A DNA stretch of 63,932 bases, filler included, from Choristocarpus tenellus KU-1152 (Eukaryota; Protista; Phaeophyceae), in assembly GCA_964200185.2 (NCBI GenBank). It is 12 parts of 12 records of this genome, joined end to end, with 100 filler letters (N's around TTAATTAATTAA, not from the genome) between each part and the next. Parts side by side here need not be neighbours in the genome. Positions count along the whole stretch, not along the records: positions 15,260 to 27,825 come from CAXNAD020001786.1; positions 27,926 to 30,632 come from CAXNAD020025441.1; positions 30,733 to 38,541 come from CAXNAD020005562.1; positions 38,642 to 46,228 come from CAXNAD020005925.1; 8 more parts are not named here. One strand, given 5' to 3'. Below the pieces are notes generated by a model, which worked only from the letters and a program-made list of their open reading frames with translations, did no database searches and was not told where the DNA came from. Within the stretch, counting starts at the first letter, position 1. Each line of letters starts with the position of its first letter. Shown here piece after piece: positions 26,282-38,848 of the stretch. The position numbers and the translations under genes are program-made.

Positions 26282-26904
26282 CTGAGGAGGCGAAAAGACA
26301 TCAATCATCAAAAGGAAAAGTCAGTTCTTTCACTTGATAGACAGCAATGGAGAACTATAAATTTAGAATGGAACAAAACCACCAGAAAGAAACTCAACCA
26401 CCACCAATTTTCAAAGTGAAGCCTCTTCCAATTGATGAGGGATTTTTGTTTGAAGAGTCTGCAATGCAGTGGGGTGTAGTCCCAAAAAAGTACACCAAGT
26501 TCGAAAGTTTCCCCAAAATATTCAGCCTTCTTCTACTAACAGTCCTTGTTAATCGAAATTTTTGTACCTACTGAGCACTTCGCTCAGCCCAAAGTATGTT
26601 CCGCTTACCCGTGCCGTAGCATTCTCCCTGTGTTGCAGGTCCAAGGTATCGACTAGAACATGTCACCAATGACTGCAACAGAGAATACTTATCACTGGAT
26701 TCTTTCACACACAGGTGATGATAAAGAAAAAAAAAGTTTGGAAATTCCTGTTGGGGTTGGAAAATTTCATACCCAAGAGCACAATTATGAGTCGAAGCAT
26801 GTAAGAGGGTAGGATTTTTTGCCCTATTTGTCTGTTCAGGGCTTGGCTTCCCACAGCTTTTCTATGCAATTTTTCGGTTTTCTGTGTGAACACAGTTACC
26901 CTAA

Positions 26905-27050
26905 CCTTAAAATGTATAAAACTATTAACGACGTTTGTGGAGCAAGGATGTTGACACTTGTTAACATACACGATAGCCAAAATTGATCAAAACAGAATCA
27001 TTGGATTTATGACCCCGAACGGACACTGCCCTACCATCTAAAATGATTTA
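26905..27050 (-). mobile_element. MITE family A, old degenerate partial copy
   Basis: CAAGGATGTTGACACTT...CACGATAGCCAAAATT..TTGGATTT..GACCCCGAACGGAC..CTACCATCTAA. Confidence 0.7.
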
Positions 27051-27421
27051 GGTGTTATGACTACTTCAGAGGCAAAGTAAACTAGAGGTACCAAAGTTTT
27101 GACCATTTCGCATCTTACTCCAATCTCTAAATCTATTGCAATTTAACCATATTTGCTATGGATGGAGTTTTAAATTTGACTTGAGAGGGTTGATTTGTCT
27201 ATAGTTTGAAACGTTTTGACACATTTTGGAAAATCTACTTTACGCATTTTCAAAAAGAGTTGAATTTTGTGCATATCTACTGGCATCTATAAAATTCAAC
27301 TTTGCTTATGTCTTGTTTACTCTGACTCCCAGAGTACTTGTAATATTGCAGCTGTAATAACACATAAATGGTAATATAGGTCATCAGGTTGCTGTGTGCT
27401 TTACACTACATTATGTATTTG

Positions 27422-27679
27422 GAGTGAAAGTATCTTAGAGGGTACGAGTTTTGCCCTGTTTGTCCATTTGGGGCTTGGCTTCCCTCGGGGCTTTTATGAC
27501 ATTTTCCTACTTCAATATTTTTCGGAGTAGGTAAAATTTATACGTTCTGAAAAGGTATGTCCAGAGCAAGGTTAATGACACTTCCTAACAAACACGATAG
27601 CCAAAATTTATTCGAAATCACAACATAGGATTTTGACCCCCAAATGGACGCGGCTCTACCCTCTAAGATACTTTGGCTC
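27422..27679 (-). mobile_element. MITE family A, full length, TSD TTTG
   Basis: Both TIRs intact; TTTG at 27418-27421 and 27680-27683. Confidence 0.95.
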
Positions 27680-27782
27680 TTTGGTTGAAATGCATTTTTT
27701 TTCTTTCGGGTCATTATTGGGTTAGGGTTAGGGTTATTTACTCCGTCAAATTTGAATGAATAGCTATTTACTTTAACGATAT

Positions 27783-27825
27783 GAGCCAAAGTATCTTAGA
27801 GGGTAGAGCCGCGTCCATTTGGGAG
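27783..27825 (+). mobile_element. MITE family A left end at contig end
   Basis: GAGCCAAAGTATCTTAGAGGGTAGAGCCGCGTCCATTTGGG. Confidence 0.9.
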
Positions 27826-27925
27826 NNNNNNNNNNNNNNNNNNNNNNNNNNNNNNNNNNNNNNNNNNNNTTAATTAATTAANNNNNNNNNNNNNNNNNNN
27901 NNNNNNNNNNNNNNNNNNNNNNNNN

Positions 27926-27965
27926 CAAATGGACAGCCGCCACCCCCTCCCAGATACTTTGAGTC
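27926..27965 (-). mobile_element. MITE family B left end at contig start
   Basis: CAAATGGACAGCCGCCACCCCCTCCCAGATACTTTGAGTC. Confidence 0.85.
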
Positions 27966-29830
27966 AAGTTCATCCCACATTGTACAGACCTGACAGAACC
28001 CCTTCTAAAATTCACACGTAAAGAGTTCATAGCACGTCCTTCTGGTGAAATTGGAAAGCATGGACATCAGTTCACGATACCGCATTGAAAAAAATAAAAC
28101 GCCATTAATATTGGCGCCCCTTTTACATTGTCCTGATTTCTCAAAATCTTTTGTGGTACATGTGGATGCTTCCAATTTGGGCAGTGGTGGTTTTCTTGCT
28201 CAACAAGCGTCAGATGATCCAACGAATACATCACTTCATATTGTGGCTTGAGCCAAAGTATCTTAGAGGGTACGGCCATGTCCATTTGGGGCCAAAATTC
28301 AATGCTGCGATTTTGTTGTAATTTTGGCTATTGCATTCGTTAGGAAGAGTCAATGTCCTAGTTCCAGACACACCATTTCTTAACGTATATATTTTACCTA
28401 CCCCGAAACATTTTGGGGTAGGAAAATGTCATAAACAAAACCATGGGAAGCCAAGCCCCAAATGGACAAATAGGGAAAAACTCGTACCCTCAAAGATACT
28501 TTCACTCGCTTACTTTAGCAGGAAATCTGATGGAGCACAACGAAATTATTCAGCCACATATAAAGAATGTTTAGCAGAGTAGTCCATGCCATTAACCACT
28601 GCCGTCCATATCTTTGGGGTCGACATTTGATTTATTCACTGACCATGCGGCATTCAGATATCTGTATTACATGCAAGACAGATAATATGTTGACACGTTG
28701 GGCTCTTGCTCTTCAAAGTTTTGACTTTACAGTCCATCATAAACCAGGCAGACAATGTTGTACCCGATGCCCTTTCTCGCCTCTTTGATATTGAGATGGA
28801 TCGTAAGCCGAAAGTACATGCTCCTATTTGCAGGAATATTCCAGAAAAAACAATGTCAAGTGCGATAACCCCATGTCAAGCATACGAAATATATCCAGAT
28901 CGCCTTGAGGAATTAGATATAATTCAGAGTGACCGTGAACTGTTTAGTAGTTCAGTGAACATCTTTCCAACTTTTGACCATACCAAAATTCGTGAAGCAC
29001 AAATGAACCAATTTTCTCTTTACTTTGCGTATTTACAAGCCCCTGATTCAGTGTCTGTTCCTCCCTGTGAATCGAGGTATAGCATGTCATATTTTTATGT
29101 TGATGCTGACACCAAATTGCTTTGTTTGCCATTCATATTTTCCAGGGCATATACGCAAACACCGGGCTTTTCATGGTCAATTAGTGGTTCCAAAAGAATT
29201 GCAATCTTTGGTTTTACATGCTTGTCATGATCATCCCGCTTCGGGAGGTCACCTCGGTCTTGCTCATAACTCTTGACAAGGTACGAGACTGGTATTGGTG
29301 GCCCATGTTTCAAAAATATGCTAGAGAATGGTGTGAGAGATGTCAACTTTGCCAAAGACGAAAAACTTCTCACAGACGTCCTACATTGCCCCAAGGACAA
29401 ATTCCTGCCACTCGACCATTCGAACGGATTGCTGTTGATCTTGTACAATATTAAACCATTTCCCGTGGTTGCCGGTATATTCTTTCGGCTATCTGTCAGT
29501 TGACACGCTTTGCTTTTCTCATTCCCATTCCAGACAAACAAGAAGTGACCATTGCCAAAGTTTTGTTCGAAAGGATATTTTCAATAATTGGGCCCCCCGA
29601 AATCCTTCACTCTGACCAAGGTTCGGAATTTGAAAATAAACTTGTTCTGGAATTGGAGACAGTGTTTAGGTACCATAAAACTCGTATCATACCCTATGGA
29701 CCACAGGGTAACTCTGTTTCAGAGCGTGTTCATTCTACTCTGCATCAAATGTTATCCATGTACAGTAACATAGCAGAGAATAATTGGGCGACTGTTGTTC
29801 CATTCCTTCAATTGGCTCACAATACGGCAT
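27966..29830 (+). mobile_element. Ty3/Gypsy pol relic (RT connection, RNase H, integrase), frameshifted
   Basis: APLLHCPDFSKSFVVHVDAS, VAYFSRK..QRNYSA..KECLA, RWALALQSFDF..NVVPDALSRL; HHCC (CHDHPASGGHLG..CERCQLCQ), RPFERIAVD, LHSDQGSEF, PQGNSVSERVH. The RNase H-then-integrase order indicates Gypsy. Confidence 0.93.
28250..28507 (+). mobile_element. MITE family A, full length, TSD GCTT, nested in Gypsy RNase H
   Basis: Removing the element and one GCTT restores H-I-V-A-Y-F-S-R-K. Confidence 0.96.
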
Positions 29831-30265
29831 ACATTACCACATTTATTGTCTGGATACACCTAATTCCAACACAAAACCTTCGGCTGATATCAACTCTGAT
29901 CTATGAAAAAGTTTCCATACTTGACTGGATTCTATGCTGGAGGTGATATATATATTGTATTTATATTGGTGTTGTGAATTATATTTGTGTTTCAGTTATT
30001 TGTGGTTGTGTTGTTACATATATGTATCAAGATATATATATATATGTCACATGGATGTTTGTTTGGTCATATCAACTTATGATAAGTTTTTTTTTGTACA
30101 TGTGCATCTGTACCTCCTTGCCGGAGTTAACAGAATTTCATGATAAGACTAGCAAGTCTTTGTCCATGCCCCCTTTTCACGTTGAAGATTTGACCAGACG
30201 TGGTCATATCTGATACATCGAAATCGTGATTGTTCCATATGCCCAGATATGTTTTATTTTCTCAC

Positions 30266-30362
30266 CTCTGATGAAGGTGAAGCGGCACTGATTTGGTTGC
30301 CACCAAATCAATCTTAGTTACAAGTGCAAAGTTGTGAGGCCTCACGAAAAACACTTCTTGTT
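30266..30362 (-). CDS. Possible exon of an unknown gene
   Basis: GCAG acceptor, GTGAG donor, one open frame (QEVFFVRPHNFALVTKIDLVATKSVPLHLHQR); no family recognised. Confidence 0.3.
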
Positions 30363-30732
30363 CTGCATTTTTGCAAATTTGCAGATATATGTGTGATTGT
30401 GTGTGTGTGTGTGTGTGTGTGCACAACTGTCTTGCAAGACAGCATTTCCTTGTAGAGAGACTATTTCTTCTTTCTTTTTCTTTTTCTTTTATTTTCAATG
30501 CTCATTTCACATTTCAGTTTTTCTGCACACACATTTCCTCCATTTCCCGTTGAAACCTGTGTTGTTTTGATACCTGCATCAAACCACATAGGGGGGGGGT
30601 GATGTGAGAGCCATCTTCCACAGAAGGTATACNNNNNNNNNNNNNNNNNNNNNNNNNNNNNNNNNNNNNNNNNNNNTTAATTAATTAANNNNNNNNNNNN
30701 NNNNNNNNNNNNNNNNNNNNNNNNNNNNNNNN

Positions 30733-31008
30733 GATGGGATGAGAGGTGTAGGTAGGGTTGGAGGTGGCGGTGGCCTGCGATCTGTTGTACACCCAAGTAG
30801 CGGTGGGGGGGGGGGGCTCCCTATGCCAAACGGCATTGGTGGTGGAGGTGGGGGGGCTGGCATGTCACTGCGGAAGGTCTTGGGGCACTCATCATTGTCC
30901 ATGGCCATGGAGAGCCAGCTGTCACTGGGTGTCTCTCCACATGGGACTGGAGGTGGTGTTGTTGGGGAGCAGGAGCTACAGCGTGTGCGATATCCTGAGG
31001 CACGGTGA
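30733..31008 (+). CDS. Possible Gly-rich terminal exon of an unknown gene
   Basis: Frame open from the contig start to TGA; low complexity, no domain recognised. Confidence 0.25.
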   Translation, partial: DGMRGVGRVGGGGGLRSVVHPSSGGGGGLPMPNGIGGGGGGAGMSLRKVLGHSSLSMAMESQLSLGVSPHGTGGGVVGEQELQRVRYPEAR

Positions 31009-31414
31009 TTGAAACCTCTTTAAATAGTGGCAGTATCTGTTGGGTGAGGTCTGTCTGGGGAGGGGGGAAGGGAGTGAAAACAAGAGCTTTTGCGATGGCA
31101 AGCGTTTGGAGCTGTGGAGGCAGCGTAGTTTGAATGTGTGACTCGTGTTGAGGCTTGTGAGTGTGAAGTCATAAATGATCCCATGAAAGGGAGTTCCTAG
31201 AGAGCTGTGGGTTGTGGGTGGGATTGGATAGGAGATTCTCCTCTCCCTCCAGGATTTTTTTTGTTTTCAGTGCCCCAGTTTGAGATCTCCTGTAAGTTGT
31301 AGGTTTGGAAGAAAGTATGGAGGCGAGAGGATGATTCCAATGACCCATTTTGTGATGTTAAGTATACTTGTGCATGGTAGGCCATGCCGTATGGAGCAGA
31401 GTGTGGGAAGTGAT

Positions 31415-31452
<38 letters not shown>

Positions 31453-31749
31453 TTTTTTGTGTGGGAGAAGTGTTTTTGTTTGTGTTTTTTTGCGGGTTGT
31501 AGGTGTTGTTTGTGTTTTTTGAAGAAGNNNNNNNNNNCTACTCGCGGGCGGGCGTCGTGTAGGGGGGGGGGGGGGGGGGGGGGGGGGGTGGGGGGGGGGC
31601 GGGGAGGGGGGGAAGGAGTTGGTATATTATGTGTGATTGAAATGTTTTCATGTTGGTTTGATGTCGGGATGTAACTGATGTTTGTGGTTTTTGGCAAGAG
31701 TCGAAGGGGAAAACATGAAGTCTTTCAATATATTAATGGTCTGGGAGTG

Positions 31750-32848
31750 GGAAAAGGATGCAGTTTCATGACCCCTTTTTTGTTTTATGTAGTGTTTAGA
31801 GATGATGTGGCAGGTGCAGTGGAAGAGCTATAGTTCTCTTTACTGTGTTCTGGAAGGAGGTCCTTGTGCTCAGGGCCGTTTTGTGCCTCTATAGGAAGAT
31901 GTGGAATGAAAAAGGCCTTGTGTAGTGATGGTGTTGCTTGGTGGTAAGGTTGGGATGAAGTGTTATTTGTTGGGAAAGTATCAGGTGACATTTTGATGGG
32001 TTCTGCTGTTGGAATCTGTGTGGGAGGAAGTGGAAGGAGGGTGGAGGATTCTTTGTTCTCCTCCACCTAGCAGGAGACGATCTTGTGTTTTTGTTCCGTG
32101 GTTTGGTTTGTGACAGGGAGGTTGTTGTGAGTAACCGTCTATATTACCCACCCCTGCCCCCTGTGTGCTTAGTATAGTTGGTGTGTCATTCACATGTGGG
32201 CCTTTTGGGCCTGCATGGGATGTGGAAGGTGGAGAGGGTTGGTGGAGAGGTCTTACGTGTTTTAGTAAGTTATTGTCAGTTTGTGTGTTTTGTGGGTGAG
32301 TGGGTGAGTGAGTTTTTATCTTTTTTATTTTCTCCACGTGTAGTGTGGGCGGGATGCAGGTGCAATAGTGATCTTGTTGGTGGAAGCCGGCAACATATGC
32401 CTTGGTGACTGCTGTTATGAACCATCTCCCCTTTCCAGCACCCCAACTTTTTGTGTGGGTGAATTTGTGTATGTTTGGGAGGGGGGGGGGGGAGCACTCT
32501 TCCCGGTCTTGTTTGTGTCCTGTGTGTGGATGGTTTGTTTGGCTTGGGGCAGATGTTACTGTTTGCGGTAGAATGAAATGTACGTTGGAGGGGTTACATT
32601 ACATAGGTGTTGTACACGTGCTGAGTGCGAGGATGACGAGGTTTGCCTCGTTGATGAACAGTGTGTTAGGGAGGGATGGAGGGAGGCAGACTGAACAGTT
32701 GATTTATTGAAGAGAGCAGGAAATGCGTTTGTTTGATACTTTGAAGGTTACGTCTTTTATACTTTGAGTGAGGTGGACCATGCATTTTGATAATGGAAGG
32801 GGGAGTAATTGCGGGAGTGTGCGTGCGTGCGTGTGTGTGTGCTGGGTG

Positions 32849-32924
<76 letters not shown>

Positions 32925-33045
32925 GGCATCGGATGGCAGCGCCTTGATTCTGTTTTTTGTGTCATGTTTCTTCTGTGAGTGAATGATTTGGTGATGATTG
33001 GTGAAACCAGCCTGGATGAAGACATCTGGGGTATTTTTTGTCATG
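31750..33045 (-). mobile_element. PLE RT relic 2, highly degraded
   Basis: Ordered degenerate motifs: KNTPDVFIQAG (cf. PDIII.PADK), IIKMHGPP..KRR (cf. PKMHK.P..RP), SIKQTHFLL..LPPSIPP-NTLF (motif A region), Q..GI..APA (motif B), LLKHVR (pre-motif C). Boundaries approximate. Confidence 0.5.
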
Positions 33046-34998
33046 TACTGGTTGATACGGGTGGGGGTCTGTTCATGTCATGGATGTGTTGGTTTGTGAT
33101 TCAGCCACTGCTGCTCTTTATGTTTTTGTGGCTGCCCAGTTCTTGTCATTTTTCTGATTTTGCTCATTATCCTTGGTGATCGGGTGTGGTGTCAGCGGTG
33201 GGTTTGGCTGCTTGACTTTTTTGTACTGTGCCTTCCTTGCGCTTTGCAGGTTTGGTTTCTGTGGGTGTTGCTTGTGCGTGATGAAGATGCTGGAGTGGGG
33301 GTGCCTGAAACTTGTGTGTGGGCAGAGCCTCACAAGTTTTGTTTTTTTTCTCATGTGGTGTGTACAGTCTTTTGTGTACGTATTTGGGGGCAGATGGCTT
33401 GAGGAGGAAAGAGGGGGCTAAAAGGAGGAAATGTAGGGAGGAGTGGTCGGGAAGGAGGACTGACTTCTTGTGCTTGTCAGGATGCTTTCCTCCTGGGCTG
33501 CTGAGTGTACATTTGCCCCCCTCCCCTTCTCTTAATGCCCTACACTGCCTCTGAGTGAGGCATTTCCCCACAGCCATGTCTGATGCAGCCAGTTTCTTGT
33601 ACGTTGAGATTGATTGATGTGCCTCAAAGCATGAAGGCTTAGACTGTTTATTTTGGCATGTTGTAAGGAAGGAGCGAACTATTAAGTACCATTTTTTTCT
33701 GTCTCCTAGGTTAGATGTTATGTTGCAATAATGTTTTGCTTCGTTTTATAATAAATGTGAAGGTTTGAATAATTTCTTTCGACCCAGTCTCGCACTACCT
33801 GGTACATGCGTTTGTACCATCATTGATTGGAGCATCGCGATTTTTGAAATATTGAAAGCTTTGTCTGCCTTGCACTTGAGGGTGATCCTGTGGAGGTTTG
33901 GCGACCCACTTATTTGCAATAACCGATCGATGAAACTGTGCTTGCCACATTTTTCATATTATTATTTATTTGTTACTCCTTTCTTGATTGTTCTAATATT
34001 GTAGCAACAGTGACTAGAAAGCATTAATAATAGTAGTAGTAGTAGCAGCAGCAGCAGTAGAGAGGTCCATATTTAATTTGGGACAAAATGGGAGAATGCA
34101 CGTCATTTAGTGGTATCATAGCCAGGATTACCACGTAGTATGATGGGTTGAGGTAGCTAGGTAGATGGTGAGTACCCGGTCTGCTAGTCAAGGGGACAGA
34201 ATTATTGCTCTGCTGGGGTTTTTGCAAGGATATATATGGGTGGACTATGTGGTATCTGGTGGTGGTGACGATATCTTTGTAGTCTCTCCCCTTTTTTTTG
34301 CGGAAAGGTAAGTCAGGTTCCATGACTACTATAATACAGTAATTGACGGAGGGTTCAACTAGAGTGAGTGCACAACCAAGGAGGCACAAGTTAGTGGTCT
34401 TGGTCTTGGTTTCCTGAGGGTCGCTAAGAGTTCCTACGACAATACTTGTGATCCTTTTACTTCTACGTACTATTATAATAAATGAAGTGAGAGAGAGGCC
34501 TAAGTAGGTGCTCGCGCGATTTGCATGCGAGGTATGGTCGCGCACCGAATCCTCAACAAATTTCAAATTTTGTTTTCCCATCACCAACCTGTTCTGCCTC
34601 GTCTTCACCTGGCGAGGTCGTCTGTAGCTTGCCGTTTGTGTTTCTTTGTAAGTCCTATCTATCTGTTGGATTCTTTGTATGATATACGCACCGTGAAGGT
34701 GGGTGAATTGGCAAGGCTGGGCAGTGAGTACACCAAGAAGTAGCACTCCTCACGATCGAGAAATTGAGCAACTCTATTAGACTAACTGCACAATGTTGTA
34801 GAGTAAGGATCCTGGGTGGCTTTCCCACTTTATGTTATGTTGGAAGTACCTCCAAATCTGGTGAAATGGTGATAAGGCTTCTTCTGCGGCACACCTTGTT
34901 GACATTGGCGATCACAATCTTATCTTGACTGACTTGATATTTCGTGATGGTCACTCCTTGAAGGCCAGAGCTCCAAAAACATTCACAAGGAGAAGATC

Positions 34999-37142
34999 AT
35001 GCCAAAAGAAATGGGCGCTGAAGGGGATAATAAACGAAGCAGTGGGGGGGAAGATGATGAGGTTGTCGTGAAGCCGCTTCGAAAGATCTGGACCTCGCTG
35101 AAAAGGGATGTCTTCTATCAGAGTGTTCGAGTGGGGTCGAAGGAGTACGAGTGCGGCGACTGCGTGGCAATGGATACAGAGGAGGGCGAGTAAGTTCACA
35201 TAAGGCAGAATTTCTCCTGTTTACATTCCCCATTCTTCCCTCCGTATCTACCCCGCGTTGCTGACCACCCTCATGCTCCAAACTCCAGATTCCCGCCCCT
35301 TCTTGTTGCCCATCTTGTTGCGGGGCACTACGTGTCACGCAGGATATTTCGACAATATATGGATGAGATTGTGATCGCACCTCCTCAAACTTATTGCTTG
35401 CCTCACAGGTTCCTCGCAGAAATACTACACATTTTCAAGGACAGGTACGGCCAGGTGTGGGTGGAGAACCGCTGGCTCTATTCCTGCGAGGAGGTTGCGG
35501 AAAAGTTCTCCAAGGCTAGGTGAGTGCTCTGGACAAAGTCCATGGCACAGTCTGCATTCGTCCACATTGGCGCTTAATACCATTCATGCCACATTCACTC
35601 GAGTGACCTATTTTTTCTGTTGTCATACAGCTGCAGGATTAAGGTAGGAAAGATGGACGATAGCTCATACTGTTTGGTGGGTGGTGAAGTAACAGACCCA
35701 CCACTACATCATCATTGTATCATTATGACTAGTTTTTGCGCCCCTGTCTGGTAAATGACCGTGTCAAAATGCATACAGCACTATGGCGAGCAGTTTATAC
35801 ATGGTAACAGAGATTAGTGAATGTGGGAATGGTGTTAGGTATGTGAACTATGAAAATGGTCGAGGATGTCATTATGGTGATATTCTTATGCAGCTGTTGC
35901 CTTTTGAGCTGGCTCTTCTTCGGTCCGACTTTCAGTACAGAGTCAAAGTATCTCAGAGGGTAGATCCGCGTCCATTTGGGGGCCAAAATCCAATGTTGAT
36001 ATTTTGATGTAATTTTGACTATCATATTTGTTAGGAAGTGTTAATATCCTTGTTCCGGATACATGTTTCCATAACGTGTACATTTTACCTACTCCAAACT
36101 ATTTCGAATTAGGTAAAATGTCATTAAAAACCCGTGGGAAGTCAAGCTCCAAATCGACAAACAGGGCAAACCTTGTAGCCTCTAAGATACTTTCACTCTA
36201 CAGATCGACCAATGCTCAATTGGGAAGGACTGGTGGAACTCTATGCTGTAAGAGTTAGGGGTGGCCTTTTTGGTTTCCTTTATCTATCTCCCTTGACAGT
36301 TTCAGGTGCCCAATGTACTTCTATTTGAGGATATTTTGCACCTTAAATTGTGTTTACATACATTTTATATGTACATATATATGCTAAATAAAACCTGTAG
36401 GAGTGCTATAGATAAACGCAGGAGTAAAACTTCATGTTTAGAGGATTTTATTGCAGTTCCTTCATTCACTTCCCTGTGTCCCTAACCCTAAATCCTTGGA
36501 AAAACCTTTTTTTTAATGTTCAGCCGGCCGCAGATGGAAGAGGCAGAGGTGTTTGAGACAAATGATGTACAAGACAATCCAGCGGTGAGATAGTCCTACA
36601 CCCAGCCCTCTTATTGGAGTGGTAGTTGGTCTAACTCAAGCGGGATGGAGGAATAGGAAGGATAGGGTTGTGCTGAGATTTTTGTGGGAGGGACATAATA
36701 TCCGTTGGGTGTAGGACTAGTCCTTTTTTCTCCATGAACTTGAAGGTCGTCTTCCTGCAGCAGCAGGTCTTGTGTATTGGGGGTACTGCTGTATTGCAGT
36801 GTAGTTGTTTCTACACAGTGTTTGCCCGGTTATTCACAACCGATGCCCTGGGTCTTGGTGAAGAGATGATAGTGAAAAAGTGCTTTGATCAAGAGATTCA
36901 AGTCTTGAAGGTCCATATCTAATCCTCGGTTAATGCCACATTGAAAAAATGGGGCTGCCCTCCAGTGAGCAAGTGATGGGATTGGTTAGGTGATACATCG
37001 ACCTTTGATGCACAGGCAACAAGCCCAGGTTCTTTGACTCATGGTGGATGATGGAAGAATGTGGTGGTGTTGGCACCTAACGGTGTCGATCTGTTCTCCT
37101 CTTTCTCTTTTTATGATTAGTGGTCTTGGAAAGAGACTGTGC

Positions 37143-37189
<47 letters not shown>

Positions 37190-38431
37190 GGAAGACAGAA
37201 CTGGGCGATGGAAAGCAGCCCCTGATTAGGTGCTCTGAGTGGCGTGGGGGCCTACGTGTCTCATGTGCAAATTGTACGTCTGTCTTGTGTCTGCGTCCTT
37301 GTGCCCCCGGTGTGGACCAATAGTATTCATCGCCGGATTAGAGTTAGGGATGGGCCTTTCTTCTTGTTTTTTGGGGGGTTTTGCCGCCGTGATGAACGTA
37401 GTATGTTGCCATAATGAGGTATATTCCTTTTTGCAGTCAATAGTGCGCCCCTCTTCTTATCCTTTGAGGTGGTCACGTTTATGATGTCGTCCCTGTTCAA
37501 CCTGCTCTGCCGCCTGTCCTCGCCACGCGTGCCCGGTCCCTCCTTTCCCAGTCCTTGTCACGCCTTCACAGGGAGTGGAAATCAGCAACGAGGGCGATGG
37601 GGTGCCAGTTAAACCTGTATCACCAGAGACACTTCAAGCCCTATGTTTTTACCATCACACCCCGTGTGGCTGATTTACACCTAGCACACCAGCTGTCGCG
37701 TGATATATTTTCAAAGGAACAAATCCCCCTTAAGAGCTGTGATGTCCCTTGCCCCTCTGTGCTTTTGCAGGGTGCAGTTCTCCACGTGGTGCAAGTCTTG
37801 GATGAGGACGAGTACGGCCACCGTGTGAGTAGGGGGGAGTTGATGGACCGTATCCGATTCTGCAGGAGGTTCCTGGACGTGTTCCGCAAGAGGTGCCTCC
37901 ATCAGGCTCTGTAAATTGCACATGACGATACCCTCTCTGAGGGATGCATCAATACTTAACCATTACTGTTACTATTGGTTTACTATTGCTGTTACTATTA
38001 CTATTACTGTTACTATTACTGTTACTATTACTGTTACTGTTACTGTTACTATTACTGTTACTATTACTATTACTGTTACTGTTACTATTACTGTTACTGT
38101 TACTGTTACTATTACTGTTACTGTTACTGTTACTATTACTGTTACTATGGTGCATCCTGTGCTGTTGATGGGCAACCATAGAGTCTTCACAGTAGAGTAC
38201 ATTTTGGAAGCACAAGAAAAAGGCTTGAGGGATACCCTGAGGAAGCATCCGCAATTTCCTCCTCCCTCCATGTGTGTACCTGATGCTGTGGATTGGTGTT
38301 GCACCCAGTCACCAAAAAGAAATCATTTTATTTTTATTTTTATCTCAGGTTCATACCTGCAGGGGAGCAGGGCCGGAGCAGACGGCTGCCCCGTGGGCGG
38401 CTCTATAGCCATCACGCTGCGTCGCGACCTG
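34999..38431 (+). CDS. BAH-domain protein, 5' part, possibly ORC1 (exons 34999-35189, 35409-35519, 36524-36584, 37771-37892, 38349-38431)
   Basis: Spliced: FYQSVRVGSKEYECGDCVAM..FLAEILHIF..WVENRWLYS..EVFETNDVQDNPAGAVLHVVQVL..EY..RFCRRFLD, a complete BAH pattern. The AAA+ domain needed to confirm ORC1 is beyond the contig end. Confidence 0.8.
35940..36198 (+). mobile_element. MITE family A, full length, TSD TACA, intronic
   Basis: TACA at 35936-35939 and 36199-36202. Confidence 0.95.
37962..38147. repeat. Intronic (TTACTR)n microsatellite
   Basis: Mixed TTACTA/TTACTG units; source of the spurious poly-L, NS and VT ORFs. Confidence 0.95.
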
Positions 38432-38470
38432 GTGTGTACGACAGGATGCTGTTGTAATGTATCTGTTTGG

Positions 38471-38506
<36 letters not shown>

Positions 38507-38848
38507 CGGCACGCAGGGGGGTTTGTGTGTTGCTGTTTTCTNNNNNNNNNNNNNNNNNNNNNNNNNNNNNNNNNNNNNNNNNNNNTTAATTAATTAANNN
38601 NNNNNNNNNNNNNNNNNNNNNNNNNNNNNNNNNNNNNNNNNCCCCCCTCCCCTTTTTTTCTGCTCTCTCGCCCCCTAGCCCTAACCTTAAACACACCAGA
38701 CACCCATCAACTGATGACGCTTGACTACTCAATTCAATTCAATTAGGCACTGTTAGGTACAAACTCACTACAAAAGCACACCATTCACCGTTGCACCACA
38801 CAGACACAGAAAAGACTACAATAGATAGTACAGGGCATTTACACTTGC

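Noticed and set aside
32852-32924. Poly-Pro/Gly ORFs and G-quadruplex function from long G runs
   Set aside because: Homopolymer lengths are unreliable (often next to gaps) and there is no coding support.
35631-35643. 13-nt micro-exon in the BAH gene
   Set aside because: Plausible splice sites but not needed; the flanking exons join in phase without it.
37916-38304. Poly-Leu, NS, VT and YC repeat proteins; likewise 61870-62394
   Set aside because: Microsatellite translations; the first lies within an intron of the BAH gene.
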